From Azolla caroliniana (taxonomy: Eukaryota; Plantae; Polypodiophyta): DNA of 64,000 nucleotides. The notes beneath the pieces were generated by a model, which saw nothing but the letters and a program-made list of their open reading frames with translations, searched no databases and was not told where the DNA came from. Below are positions 47,331-61,727 of this stretch, one piece after another. The stretch spans positions 5,952,001 through 6,016,000 of the forward strand of contig JBHGNT010000018.1 in assembly GCA_043228905.1 (NCBI GenBank), written 5' to 3'. Positions within the stretch are counted from its first letter, which is position 1. Each line of letters opens with the position of its first letter. Both the position numbers and the translations under genes were made by a program.

Positions 47331-47678
47331 CAATATGGTGATTTTAGACCCTATATGTAGATGAACAAGATAAGTTGGAGGCATGTTCCCGTATTTGGTC
47401 ATGATTTAACCGCATTTGATTATAACCGCAAATTCCAACCAAGAACATTCTAAGCTATATTTCGTAGCTAGACTATTATGTCACAATGGACATGGAAGAT
47501 AAACATTCCATATTCAAATAGGGCATCACCATATGTGTGTGAAACTATCTGAATATAAATTTGACGCTTGACCACAATATGTGTGATATAATCCACAATA
47601 TGCCTCACCTGAAACAAATGCTCCCATAGCGAGTGGACAGTGGAGTCATGTGAATGGTGTGTATTGTAGCATGACCTA

Positions 47679-47680
<2 letters not shown>

Positions 47681-47725
<45 letters not shown>
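47681..47725. repeat. (TG)n microsatellite
   Basis: About 22 uninterrupted TG units. Confidence 0.95.
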
Positions 47726-47726
<1 letters not shown>

Positions 47727-48736
47727 ATATCCACAAAAATGTCCCATACATCAATAGAGCTAGATATGTATATAGATCATATCAACCGGAAAAAAAACAT
47801 TGATGTGAGCTAAAGATAGATTGGATGTCATGTGGCAACCATGATCCATGCTCATGACCTAGACTTGTATATAAAGAGGGCTTACCTCACCATTTTTAAT
47901 ATAGATAAATAGTTTGTTGATCTCTTCTTCAATACATATCGATTGCCTATATAGAAATGCCCCTTTTTGAGTTTTATTGTTGTTTACCCACATCCATTGA
48001 CCTTAAGGTCATAAACTAGTGTTGTTTTGATGGATGGATGGATGGATCGTAAACTTCTCATATGTAAATTAAAGTCAAATTAATTTTTTCTATGGATTCT
48101 TGATGTACATATGCAATAGATGTGGATAATGGGTTAAAATGATGTGACTTTAAGGCGTCCTCCCTAAGTAACTTTTTGGTGAAATATGGCATGTTTATTA
48201 TGGAATGATATTATATTGTTATAACCTATCTCTTACAAGGAGCTTGATGTATAATATTGTTATAACTTATCTCTTACAATGAGTTTGCAAGCCCAAGCAA
48301 TCATTTCAACAACCTTATTTGTTGCACCACACATACTTGTAAGTCATCGAGAAGGTGCTACCGTTCATCGAACCTTGAATAAATAGAAAACCATTTACAC
48401 AATTATGAATCATATGGGGGATTTCTTCTTGCAAACGACCCATGACAAATTAATGAATCAAAAGATATTAAGTGTATAACTAGATTACCTTTAAATTCCT
48501 CGTACGACAATGCAATTTTGCATTGTATGTTGCAACCTAAATTACGGTCATGTAATTACAACTAAAACAATCAATTTGATTTGTGATAGCAAGTAGAAGG
48601 TTGGTTGCTTGTTTTCATGCATAGAATAAATAGTTGGAGGTTTGGAAAAGAACAAGAGGGGTGCTACATATGATTTCATGGCCAACCAAACAAGTATGCA
48701 TACTTTATGTCCCTTAGCCAACATGAAGTGTATGTC

Positions 48737-49084
48737 CCCGCTTACGCTTTTGGCAAAAATGGAGGAACACGCCGATGGTGACGCAAGGAGGAAACAACCC
48801 AAGGTGGAACTACCAGCCCCCACGCTGGTTGTTTCCTACTCACCTCCTGCCCTCCCTCCGTTGAAGGTTAGGGGATTGGGCTCGTGTTGGCCGACGACAA
48901 TACCACTAGTTTATAGTTCTAGATACCTACTTACATTAAGTAGAAAGTAAGAGAGGATATATACATAGTCTCATATTCTTGAACTCAGTCAGGAGGTGAT
49001 TTCCCGATTTATATACTTGTACAATCGTTCTTTAAAGATCTCTCCTAACTAATGGGAAAGTAGCACCTTTTTTAGAAAAAAAAA
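48737..49084 (+). mobile_element. Short 5'-truncated L1-like LINE 3' end
   Basis: Encodes RLRFWQKWRNTPM...PRWNYQPPRWLFPTHL, matching the copy at 55621-57067; ends CTAACTAATGGGAAAGTAGC plus poly(A); ~16-bp TSD AACATGAARTGTATGT. Confidence 0.85.
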
Positions 49085-51174
49085 ACATGAAATGTATGTG
49101 TCCCATAACACACACATAGATTCCACACTCGACAGAGGAGTCGTACCTTCATTACTCATTCTAAAGGTTCGAAACCAAAGAGATGACAACAAATAAAGAG
49201 CTTGTGCAAAGGTAGCTTGCCCATATATAATTTGTGAAAGGTTAAATCTATATACAAACTATATTCATGTGGACAAAATGTGTCCAAAAACCATTTCTTC
49301 GATCTCAAGCCTTGTTGACTCATTAGCATATCCTCATAACTACAAGCCTCATCTATTGTAGGAACTACATTATTTGATCGAGGTAATGTTTTGTTTCACC
49401 ATTCTTAGCTAGCTCCTTGTATAGTGTCATTTAATGTTAAACAACATGGGTGGTAGAAGAGATAGTTGATAAGTTGTCAATATTAATTTGTAACCTACAT
49501 AATTAATCCAACAAAAATGTCGCAGGACAAGAAACTCCATGATTGTACCAATTTCCTAATTGGTCTGGAGCAACCAACAACCGAATGCTCTTTTCTATGC
49601 TACAATACTTCATTATCTTAAAGAGGAATGCATTTAATATTCAATAAACTCCATAAACTAATCTTATGCTAAGTCATATCCACCACATGATGACATTTAT
49701 TCAATAGGATCAAACATTTGGCTCAGTGATATCATCACGGTTTTAATATGCAACAATACCTTGCGAGATTAGTGAGTATTATCTTAGATTTTGGTTTTCA
49801 TTTATAAACAAAGAAGATGAAGTATGATGGATTAATCTCAAAAATTGTGGATATGGTGATAGAATCTTTGTGAGAGTACTATATAGACTTCATGTTGAAA
49901 ATAGTATATAAATGAACTTCGTAAAAGAAATTGACTAGATGCTACTACCACATGAAAGCATTTTATAATCACATGCAAATGTTTTTCTTTCTCATGAAGG
50001 GAAATTTATATTAGTTTACTCAACACAATTCCATAAATTGTGTTAAAAATAGAGAGTATTAATATTCCCAACATCAGTCGATCCTCCAATGAACTTACAA
50101 GGCTACAATAACTTATTTCGTTTCTACATTTAGAAAATATATTAGTTTTGGATATTAAAGGAGCCCCTAATATAGGTTTTGTATTTTTCTTCATTCCACT
50201 CTTTATGATTGTCAACATCTCTCTCTCTCTCTCTCATGAAAACACGCAGTTATATTAATAAATGTGTCTGAAAAACATTACAATTCTACCACAATTGATT
50301 GTAGTCACCACTATAAGGGTAGTGGAACATGTTGAATCTCCCATAGGCAAGATGAACACTCCATCGAGGAAAGATTTTCATAGTGCTCCAATAAATAAAA
50401 TTGTCACATTAGTATCCCCCCCCCCCCACCCCCCCCTGTCAATTGTATAGATTAGTACAATTTAGGAGCATCAAATTTATTACTTAATTCTATACAATAT
50501 GTGAAAACATTTCAGTTTGGTTCAGCATGTCACTAGATATATTTGGCCCAATATAAAATATATCAATTGATCTTATAGTGTTTCTCTCTCCTCTTAAGGA
50601 GACTATTCATACATAGGAAACCCATGCCGTTGGGGAGAATTCCCTTCTCCTCAGTAAATTTTAGTTTCAACCCACGATATGGAGGCACAAATTCCTCCTC
50701 TCACAAACACACACATGCATCGCATTCTATATGTGATTATATATGTGTCAAAAGGGTAGTGGGTATCCACTAAATTACAAAAGCTCTCAAGTGAAAGGGA
50801 GTGCACTTGCTATGGAATACTTTGTGTGTATTTGGGTATGTATGTATGTATGTATAAGATTAGGAGTGATTTAGTGTGAAGTAGTCAAATAGGGTGCAAG
50901 TTGTATATGTTAGAAGAAGCTTTAAGCATATAGTGAAAGAGCATATATACATATAATATAAGGTGTTAAATAGTGAGGGCAAAAGGGCAAAAGATGGTTA
51001 GGAGTCCTTTTTATTTATTTTGTCGTGATTGGTTGGGGCGCTATCTATCGGTTACTTTCATGATGGGTGATGATGCTAATGGTGGGGGTTAATGGAAGGA
51101 TTTGATTGAGTTTTTTGGGCAAGGAAAAGAGGGAGCGGGCGGGGAATACTATGAGTTCGCACCTTTAGTCATTG

Positions 51175-51220
<46 letters not shown>

Positions 51221-51919
51221 ATAGAGCTTGATTAAGTTTAAGACAAAATTGTGGTAATTCACGGGTGTCGGATAGGTCATATTCGACGAGATCGGAGGGG
51301 GATAATAAAATCTATCAATTTGTAGCTTTTTCTTGGGGAGGAGGGGTGGGGCAAGCGAGGTATCTATCCACTACGATGCCTCGAGGGGGTACATCCCACC
51401 TAACCAACCAACGAAAGTTAGCGTGCCCGAAACACAGACACAAGACACACATAACATAGACATAAATACACACACATATATATGTAGGTATATGTATATA
51501 TATAGGTATGTATGAAGACATTGCCTTCTCCTCACACACTGGGCAACATAATTCATACATACTACTACTAGATAGTGCTAGGACACTACCTAGTGTGCCA
51601 ATTCTAGTTGTCCATCTCTTGGGGTGTGTGTGTGTGTGTGTGTGTGCGCCATGGTGGTGATGAAGACAAAGATGTCCATGACTGTATGAGGACCTCCACC
51701 TCCATCTCCTTCTGCTGCTACCTGCAATCCTCCACAATTGTGGTGAGAGAGACAGAGGCCTGACATTACATACAATATACCATATACACATACATATATA
51801 CATATACCTTGAGTCAGACAGACAAGACAGACAGTGGAGAGGTGTCCATCCATCCCATTGTGTGTGCGTGTGTGTGTGTGAGAGAGAGAGAGAGCATATA
51901 CATACATAGTGATAGTACC

Positions 51920-53420
51920 ATGACTCGTTGCTCCTCCTCCCCCTTGGTCCCTTCTTCCACCTCCGCCTCCTCAGCTGCAGTCAACATCAGCACACCTGTC
52001 CATGAGGAGAAGCACTTCAAGTCGAGCGAGCTCGTGCGGGACATCATCATCGGGATGGCCGATGGCCTCACCGTGCCCTTCGCACTCGCGGCCGGCCTCT
52101 CCGGAACCTCCGCCGCCTCTTCCATTATCGTCACTGCCGGCCTCGCTGAAGTCGCGGCCGGGGCCACTGCCATGGGGCTCGGCGGGTACTATACTTTATA
52201 ACTAACTACCTACCCGAATTCGCCAGTTTTTTCATCACCTCTTCTTTTCTTTTCTTTTTGTCGGACTTATATCGATATGAGTCTTCGGATCTTTGTTTAA
52301 TTGCTCTCACGAAAAACCGGTAAATTTTTGCCTCCACAGTTACTTGGCGGCAAAGAGCGATGTCGATCATTACATCCGCGAGGAGAGACGAGAGAGACAG
52401 GAGATAGTGGATGTACCAGAGAAAGGTATGTTTTTTTTTTGTTATGATCTTTTGATCTTATCTTACCTGGTTTCAAATTCTTTTGGTCCAAATGTATGTA
52501 TCATAATTGATCTTATCTTACCTGGTTTCAATTTCTTTGGTCTAAATGTATATATCATTATTGATCTTATCTTACATGGTTTCAAATTCTTGGTGTCCAA
52601 ATGTATATATCAGAATTGGGCTTATCTTACCCGGTTTCAAATTCTTTGTGTCCAAATGTATATATCAGAATTCTATCTTATCTTAACTGGTTTCAAATTA
52701 TTTGGTCCAAATGTATATATCAGAATTCATCTTATCTTACCTGGTTTCAAATTCTTTGGACCAAATGTATATAAGAGAATTGATCTTTATCTAACCCCCC
52801 CCCCCCCCCCCCCTGCAGAGGCGGAGGAGGTAGCGGAGATATTGGCGAACTTCGGGCTGCGGCCTGCCGAGTACGCGCCTGTAGTGGAGGCACTCCGACA
52901 TCGGCCTGATGACTGGGTGGAGTTCATGATGAGGCAAGGGGGGAGAAAAACAAAGAACTAATCAATCCTTTTTTTTAACTCATGCAAGCAAAAAAACCCT
53001 AGAAAGAAAAAGAAGCAAATGCACATACATCAATATGATGGATGGATGGGTTGAGATTTGTCTCTCTTTCTCTTTCTCTTTCTCTTCTATATGTGCAGAT
53101 TTGAGCTGGGGTTGGAGCGTCCGGACCCGAGCCGGGCAGTAAAGAGCGCGGGCACAATCGCGCTCTCGTACGTGATCGGGGGGCTAATCCCGCTGCTCCC
53201 TTACATGGTGATGAAGGAAGTAGGGAACGCATTGCCGGTGTCAGTGGGATGCACGATCGCGGCCCTTCTGGTGTTCGGGTATGTGAAGGGGATGCTCACG
53301 GGATGCAGCCGCCCATTGAAGAGCGCCCTTGAGACGGCCGTGGTCGGCGCCGTTGCGTCGGCCGCCGCCTTCGGCCTAGCACGTGCCATTCAGGGCATGG
53401 GGCATGACGAGTCCTCATGA
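51920..53420 (+). CDS. VIT1: Vacuolar iron transporter (VIT1/CCC1 family), 262 aa
   Basis: Exons 51920-52185, 52340-52425, 52819-52933 and 53099-53420 (789 nt, in frame); VRDIIIGMADGLTVPFALAAGL, AMGLGGYLAAKS, FMMRFELGLE, GGLIPLLPY, FGYVKG. Confidence 0.95.
52454..52790. repeat. Minisatellite (54-56 bp, about 6 copies) in VIT1 intron 2
   Basis: GATCTTATCTTACCTGGTTTCAAATTCTTTGGTCCAAATGTATATATCAGAATT repeated. Confidence 0.93.
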
Positions 53421-55620
53421 TATATATACATACATATAAATCACTCCCTCCCTCCATACCCATAATTTAACCTATATATTCTATTGTTATCGCCCCGCCA
53501 TCTTCATCACCATTGCCTCGTTCTCGCTTCGAGCTTGATCCCCACCCACCATATTTTGTAACCTAATAATAATCAAAAGAATAAGGATAATAACCATCAT
53601 GACCATCACCACAAATGACTAAATCATGATCGTGATGAATGACTTACCTATACTAGATTGCCTGCCTTGCATTACCTACAACTATATATATATATATATA
53701 CATACAACATTTGGTATATGGAATTATAGATTCCTTATTTGTTCTTACTGCTCTTAATTTGTTTTGCCATAATTGTAATTCCTGTGCTTCTTTCTATATC
53801 TATTATGTATGCATCATTTGCATTAAAATTGCTCCGATTATGCCAAGCTACAGAGAATCTCGAACCACAATCATCCAAAATTTGTTAAGAGTAACCAGGC
53901 TATCATTATCCCCATCACTCCGCGAAAATGTCGGTTGCAATCATGCTAGTTCGAATCAAAATTGTGGGTTTCATTTGTGATATGAATGCATTAATCATTG
54001 TTGAATTGAGGATTTCGTGACCGATCGATTTGAATGTTAATCGTTCATTAAACTAATAGATTGAGATCAATCAGATTCTTGCATTCAAATTTAAGCATTG
54101 TTGCAAAATGATTAGAATATGGTGCATAGAAAGGGGGGAAGATCATAGGCTTCTGAAGCATTTGAAAAATTGGTAGTGGCCGGATCTCTCAGCCGAATGC
54201 GAGGAGGAAAAAGGTATCGGTTACGAAACTTTGGGAGTTTTTGATTTAAACAAATATGTCATTTTTTTAAAACATTGGCAGCACAAACTCACTGCAATTT
54301 TGAGCAATACATGGTGTTCTCCACTCACTATGATCTATCTGATGACATTTTATATGATATGATATGGTCTTCGGGAGGATGGATCAAAACTTTTATTCGA
54401 ACACCGAATGTAGAAGAATATTAAATCGATGACATAGCATTTGTACATAGTATGGAGATAGTACATAATCAAGGCCCAAATTTGACACCAAAGTCTAGTG
54501 AATGAGCAAATGGAAGGGAAAAATTTGGCATTCATGGGTTACATTTTGGTAATGTGGGGGTATGTTCAGATATAATTGAAATCACGGCCGGACATAGCTG
54601 ATAGAACTATACATCAACACAACAAATCACGACTTCCGATGAAATGGTTAGTTAGCTAGCGCTTGACTTTACTGAGATGGTTAGAACTTCGACGAAAAAT
54701 GTAGTGAGAAACACATCAAAAGTTTCCTATTGATGAACCTTATTTTAACCACTTCTCAATCACTACATCAATTCATCATGGACTTTTTTTGCATTCCTTG
54801 ATATATCGTCCTTTATGAACCCCCCCCCCCCCCCCCCTTCATTCCATGGATTGATTGTAGAATCTCCGTACGTACTTCTCACTCTTTCCTTCTAAACATT
54901 AGTCGAAGTCAAAATATATTATTATCATATTAATAATGGAATATATGTAACACCAAGGAGAGTGGGAATGAACTTCCTACTTATGTTTTTTTTCCGCACC
55001 ATCAACTCACATCTTATTTTTCATACCCTTGATTCTTAAAAATGCTCGCTTAACTTAAAGTCTCAATGTGATATGCAAGGCACTTCGATGTTCTGGATTA
55101 GGTCATTTAATTTCAGGTCAAGATTGTATGGTTGAGAAAAACAAACTTGGAGTAGTGATCCACACATTATAAATGCTTACATATAGTTAGTCTAAGATCG
55201 GACATGATATTCATAACCCACATTAACAAAATAGGTGAACATAAAATCATGGATGTTTGAGTTAAAATTCACTCACATTTCTCTATCGAGCTTACAATTT
55301 GTAATGTGTTTGGTGATTTCTTCAGTTTTATGAGCAAAGTTTATTACAAAGTTTTCTTGTATGATATGGATCAACAAAACATGAGTTTCTATATACGTTT
55401 AGTTTGAAATTGTAAATAGTAGTAATGTTTAGATTAACTTGTATTGTAGATTTAAAGGTGAAATATGAAGAAGTTAATTAAATGAGCAGCAATCCATTAG
55501 ATTGTCCTAATTTAGTTCTATCAATCCATCATTGTAATAAAAAAAATTGATATTTAGATTGAGTTTAGGATCATCAATTGTAATTTATAAAATGTTTTCA
55601 AATTATTCTACACCATAGTT

Positions 55621-57067
55621 TTTTTTTTCCAAAATGAAGCTACTTTCCCATTAGTTAGGAAGGATTATTACATAGAGAGTCTACAAGGATACTTATACAC
55701 ACATCGGGGAGTCTTCCTCCGATCAAGTAAAAGAAGATGAGCCTACTTACAATGCCTTTGCGGCCTAACTTAATGTAAGAAGCTACCTATATCTAAGGCG
55801 ATGCCCTTCAATGTTGCCTAGTACAAGTCGGCTCTTGGGGCCTACAATGAAGAAAGGGTGGCAGGTGAGTAGGAAACAACCAGCGTGGGGGTTGGTAATT
55901 CCACCTCGGGCCACTCCCACCTTGCATCACCATAGGTGTGTTCCTCCATTTCAGCCAAAAGCGCAACCGGGCAGAGATCACGTCGTTGGAGTGGCTGCAA
56001 ATCTCTTCCAGCTGCCCTCGTAGGCAACTGATAATCGCGAACCATATGTCCATGATCACTTCCTCCGGGGGCCTTACTGTACCTTGGAAAACCTTGAGGC
56101 AACGCGCTTTCCATATATACCACAAGGTGAAACCTGCGATCAACATCCAGATTTCTAGAAACCTAGGGGATGCGGGTTGCAAGCCTCTTTCGAAACAGAT
56201 CTTGACGATTTTGCCTCTCGTGCATACATAGCACCAACTATCCGCATTGACGGTGTCCGTCCACCCTTCGACCGAGTGACCAATCCATGCGGCAACGCTC
56301 CACGAGGCTGTTCCTTCAACTTCACATGCTGCAAGGAGGCGAGTCACTCTATCCCAGATCTTTTGAGCTTGAGGGCAATCCCACAGACAATGTCTCAGAG
56401 TCTCAATAGGTCGAGAGCACAGTGGGCAGCCTAACGGGCCGCCGCGTTTATCTAGCCATTCGCCAACGGGCACCACATTATGACCGATCTACCACCAAAA
56501 GAGCTTGATCTTTTCAGGCATGTGGAGACGCCAGAGACCTTTCCAAAAGGTAATGAGCGCCTCATCGGGGATGCCCAATGTTCGCCAGCCATTGCGAAGG
56601 GGGCTGCCTAGCTGCAGCTGCAAAGTCCGACCCAATTTAGTGGTGTAATCGAAGAAGTGATGGAGTCTATCATCATGTTTCCATCTGAAATCCCCTGGGT
56701 CCCAATCCAGATCGACAAGGGGGCGACAACCATATACCCTTAACCTCCAATGGGGTTTTACCTTAACAACATCCGGGTATGTCTTCCAAATGTTGTCAAC
56801 CTGTGCCACCACTTGGATTGGGTGCCAAGAGCCTCTGCTCTGACTGTCCCCAAAAATTGTATCTCTCCCCGATCCGCTCACACCCTTTAGCGACTTGACC
56901 ATTCCAACCTCGTCAAAGAGACCGAACCATGCAGGTTCTCTCGCCTCCCTCATCGGAACCCTGTCAACTGCCTCAACTATCAGTCTCCGCATTTTCGTAG
57001 CTCCCTTGAGGGGAGGGAAAAGGTCCTCTTGGGCTCTTCCTGAAACAGCCATGCGTCTCCAATCGTC
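55621..57067 (-). mobile_element. 5'-truncated L1-like LINE (ORF2 C-terminus with zf-RVT region)
   Basis: KIKLFWW, CPLC...ETLRHCLWDC, LWYIWKAR; poly(A) seen as a T run at 55621; perfect 17-bp TSD TATTCTACACCATAGTT (55604-55620 and 57068-57084). Confidence 0.92.
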
Positions 57068-57077
57068 TATTCTACAC

Positions 57078-57491
57078 CATAGTTGTTAAAAAACGCGTAT
57101 TCTACGTTTTAGAATACTTTGAGGTATTCTACACGTATTCTACGTTTTAGAATACTCTGAAGTATTCTACACGTATTCTACGTTTTAGAACTGCCGTTTT
57201 TAAACTTTTGACATATTCTACGCATTCTAAAAAATTGACGTATTTAACAAGTATTTATCATTTCAAAAAAGTAAGTAATTAAACTTTTTTTTTGAAAAAT
57301 ACACTTTAATTTTTAAGAAATATTTAATGTAATTTACAAGTATTCTACACATATTCTGAGCATTTAACGTATTTAACTTATTTTATTTATAAAATACGTG
57401 TTCTAAGTATTGTTTAAAAATAAAATAAAATTGTAGAATACTTAGAATACATATTCTACACATATTTTATGCTAAGTATTTTACAACAATG
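57078..57491 (+). mobile_element. AT-rich MITE, hAT-like (copy 1)
   Basis: Ends CATAGTTGT...ACAACAATG; many TATTCTA/TAGAATA subrepeats; homologous to 57835-58193 in reverse orientation. Confidence 0.7.
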
Positions 57492-57834
57492 GATCAATCT
57501 ACACAATATTATATATGATCAAAATGCATTGAAACGAAATGCTAAAGAAAAAGAGAATAGATAGCATTTACACACATTATATGAAGCCCCTTTTATTTAG
57601 ACAATACAACAAAGTTAAAGTTGTACAAAGATGGAGTATCACACCACGACCTATATGACCTATTTCACACACCAAAAATCAACAATTTAAAAGAACAAAA
57701 ATTCAAACAAGAAGAAGAAGAATAACCTTTTTTGCCTCCCTTTTCTCCATCTTTCTCTCGCAACCTCCCTCTACTTAGCAATCAACAACGGTTTGGTTTG
57801 GGGGCTTAGCAGTTCAATTCAATTCAATTTGAGC

Positions 57835-58193
57835 CGTTATTGTAGAATACTTAGCATAAAATATGTGTAGAATACGTATGGTAAGTATTCTAACTTTTTT
57901 TAAAAATATTTAGAATACGTATTTTATAAATGCGTCAAATACTTAGAATACATGTAGCATACCTGTAAAATACGTTAAATACTTCTTAAAATACATTAAA
58001 TACTTTACTTCTTAAAATTTAAACTATTCTTTTCAAAAAAAATTAAATTAAATTAAAAAAAAACACTTTTTGAAATGATAAATACTCGTTAATTACGTCA
58101 AATTTTTAGAATATTTCAAAAAAATTTAAACGGTAGTTCTAAAATGTAGAATACTTCAGAGTATTCTAAATGGTTTCGTGTTTAACAACTATG
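57835..58193 (-). mobile_element. AT-rich MITE, hAT-like (copy 2)
   Basis: Reverse complement of copy 1; 8-bp TSD ATTTGAGC/ATTGGAGC with one mismatch. Confidence 0.75.
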
Positions 58194-60599
58194 ATTGGAG
58201 CCTTTATCGGCTTTCTTGTTTAAATGGTTTTAAGGTTTTAAGGTTGCCACTTTGATTATTTTCTTGAATATGTTTTTGAGCAACATTTCCATTTTTAAGC
58301 CTAATTTTGATATTTTTAAGAAAAATCTAAAAATTTTGAAAATTTTGAATTTTGACCTAACATGAAAACCGAAACTGAAGTGTGAAAGCTTGGTTTTAAT
58401 GGTGTAACATTTTTAAAATCTCTAAAACCGTTTGGTTTGAGCTTAATTTTTTTGTAGTTGTTCAGTTTGAATGGTTTTGGATTAATTAGATATTGATGCA
58501 CATTGTAGGTAAATTTATCTATTATAAATCGTAGACATGGGCTTCCTATGTGTCACTAAACGTTAGCCAAGTGGTTATTTTGATAATGTATTCCCTTAGT
58601 GGTTGATTGATTAGATCTTGATGCTCATTGTAGAAAACAATTGTCTTCCATGCGTGGCTAAATGTTGGCCAAATGATTATGGTGTTGCCTTTCCTTTCCA
58701 GCTTGGTTGTAGACCAAATAGAGGATATTATGTATACAATTAATTCTTTATTTCAATATTACATTTTGATATTATTTGGATTTCATGAATCGTGTTTGTA
58801 CACCTAAAAGAATGGGGGAGATGTATTTTAGATTTAGAGACGCACACAAAAGCACTAAGATTGTCATTATTGCTTTCACATTTCGTGAGGCATATATAAA
58901 CTCATATATAAGTAAACATTCCCTTTCATTGTTTACACAACCCATTAGGGATAGAGACACACACATATATATTATCTTTTCTCATGTTTATCTTAAGCCT
59001 CTTCTATTACAAGGAGGCAAGTACTAATGATGTTATGTAGCACTCTTGAAGTAAAAGTGTGCACATGCTCGTTCTTATCTAACTCTTAGGTGATATACAT
59101 ATCAATATTCACAAAGTTTTCATCATATTGTGCAAAATGCATGTATACAAGACTAATCTCCCCCATCTTATAACATATATATTCACTTGAAAGCATGAAA
59201 CATGCTTGTTTCGAATGTGATTTGCACCATGTGCTAGAGTCAACACAACACTATGACCTTCAATGTATGATTCTCGAGCCTATATCGATAATCAATCCTG
59301 ATTCATCACTATTGGCTTGCCTTTTCCTTGATTGATTGTACTCTTAAGAATTTACAAGACTAGTGAACCTTGTGAAATTATCCATGATTATGATTAAATG
59401 ACAATTATGTTTACTATAAGGTGTTTGTAATGAACCACCAAAGTAGGAGTGAACAAGTTGAAGTGGCCTTTTAGTTTGATAAATGTTATGCAAAAACTTT
59501 TGCCTACTTTGTTTTCTATACATACTAATTCACATAAAGATAAGTGTTCAAATGGTTTAGGTGGAATAGTTTCAATGAGCATATACATGTGAATAGTCTT
59601 CATTGATTTTGTGTGTAGAATCTAGATAACCAGTTGATGTTGCCATAATGGGGTCAAATCATTTTCATCTCAACAGCTACACGTCCTTTAATTCATGAGC
59701 CATCTATCATTCTAAATTGATGCAATTGTCCCTTGTGGTGGATTATAACACAATTGATATGAAACTCTATCAGAGTGCTTCATTTTCTAATAGTAAGTTC
59801 TTATTGTGATAGAGACAATAATTGCCTTTCTTTCTTCTAATTGTTTATGCATTGTTCTTGGTGCATTTTTTTGAAATCTTTGTTTTAAATAATTTACTTT
59901 GCAAACTTTTATGTTACAACCATTTCCATGGGTCCGTCACTTTTTCTTTACTTTATTGGTTATTTGATTGACTTGTCTTAATATTTTTCCACCAACACAT
60001 GAGTTGAAATGCCATATATGACTTGTTATAACGTTGATAAGATCTAGCTTGTAGAGAGATAGACAATCATATTAAAAGTATGATTTTGCTATACATAAAG
60101 AGACTAATTCTGTTTCAAAAAAACCCTTGCTATGTGTACGCATCACTTTTTTTTCCTAGTAAAAAATACTACGTTAGTATTAAGAAACGCCCTAAGGTTG
60201 TACATGAGATCTCACATACCTACATATAGGTAATTATGTTAGTTTTTTTATGATGGTTAAGTTCTAAGTATTGGCTTCGAACTAAATACTTAAGTGTAGA
60301 GTAAAACCACTCAACCGTGTCAAAAAACAGCCTATAAAATACAGTAGACATTCGGTTAAGTGTGCCCACTTAAGTGCACTATTCTATTAAGTGCGCTTTT
60401 TTTTATAGAGGTCAAAATCCAGATAAAAAAGTTACATTGTTTCATGACGAAATTACATTAAACCAAATTGAAACTATGTTCCAAACATTTAGAAAACAAC
60501 AAAAGAAGTTTCTGTGTGTATGTGTATGTCTGTGTGTGTCATGTGTTCTACGTGTTGTGTGTGTGTGTGTTTATGATTACGAGTTTGTGATTTTTATTC

Positions 60600-60934
60600 T
60601 TGATTAAAGAAAATAAGCGAAGAAGGGCTAACAATATCATGTGCATAATGTGGTTCGATCATCGTTTGATTACACTTTAATTCAGCCTTTCCATAGTATT
60701 CGTCATCTCTGCCTGAGCCTTCATCATCGTAGATTCCAACTAAGTAAGTGATTCATTTTGGAATTTTCCTTCTGTCTCTATGGCTAGAGGAACCCCTTTT
60801 AGCTTTTTAACTATACTATGAAGTTCTCCAATTTCTTCATCTACATCACCTTGCAAGACATCCACTCTAACTTGCAATTGATCATTCAGTGGTGGTATAC
60901 AATTATTTTGACCTTGCCTATGGTTAATTGCCAT
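60600..60934 (-). pseudogene. Intronless pseudogene of a Bet1-like/SFT1 Qc-SNARE
   Basis: QLQVRVDVLQGDVDEEIGELHSIVKKLK...EGKFQNESLT*LESTMMKAQA...RLN*SVIKR*SNHIMHMILLAL resembles plant SFT1-type SNAREs; three premature stops, no introns. Confidence 0.82.
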
Positions 60935-61727
60935 GATGATATCTTGATGATCATGAATAGTCAAGGTTTTGCAACGATCGGCCACGAATGCAAGCTCTCC
61001 TTCTCCATGTGCAACAAAACTTCCATCTATTGTCCTTCTTTTTCTATGTGTGCATGTGCTCTTTTCCTCCATGAAGAAAGTCTCTCTCCCTCCCTCCCTC
61101 TTTCTGTGTATCTTGTTTATTCTCAAAGATGACAAAAGTTGCAGCTTGCGATTTGTTCGTGGCTCCCCCTCTCTCTTTTCTTGTCTCATCCATCTGTACT
61201 TCGATTCCTCAAACCTGCCGCCACTAGGAAGAAAACGCAAGAAAATATCTCATCGCATCCAAGGAAGTTCATTAGGTTTGTTGCATAATGGATGTATTCC
61301 TTAGACGTAGCAGAAAGGCGAAAATTGAAGGTAATCTAGAATCGAGAAAGAAACAAAACAGTATGTATGCTGAAACCAGAAACATTTTAGGTCAATTATA
61401 TCATGTAAATTGATCACTTTTCTTATCAAGAATTGTATGATTAGAGCATAGAAGGAAAATATTTTAGAAAACCCTAAAAACTTCCAAAAAACCCTAAAAT
61501 GTTTAAGAAAACCCATATGGCGTGGAACTCCAACCATAATAACTCTTTGTATTATCCAAAGAACCTCTTAGATTACGCACAATTTTTGGTCCAAATCCCA
61601 ACGATTGTTCGAGCAAGTCTTTTCCATATTTCCGTGGCAAAATCACAACTACACGAACAATGCCTTAGCAATCTCCAGTAGATGCGTACGAGAATGGCAT
61701 GTACGTGTTAGGAGGAGTCAACAATGG

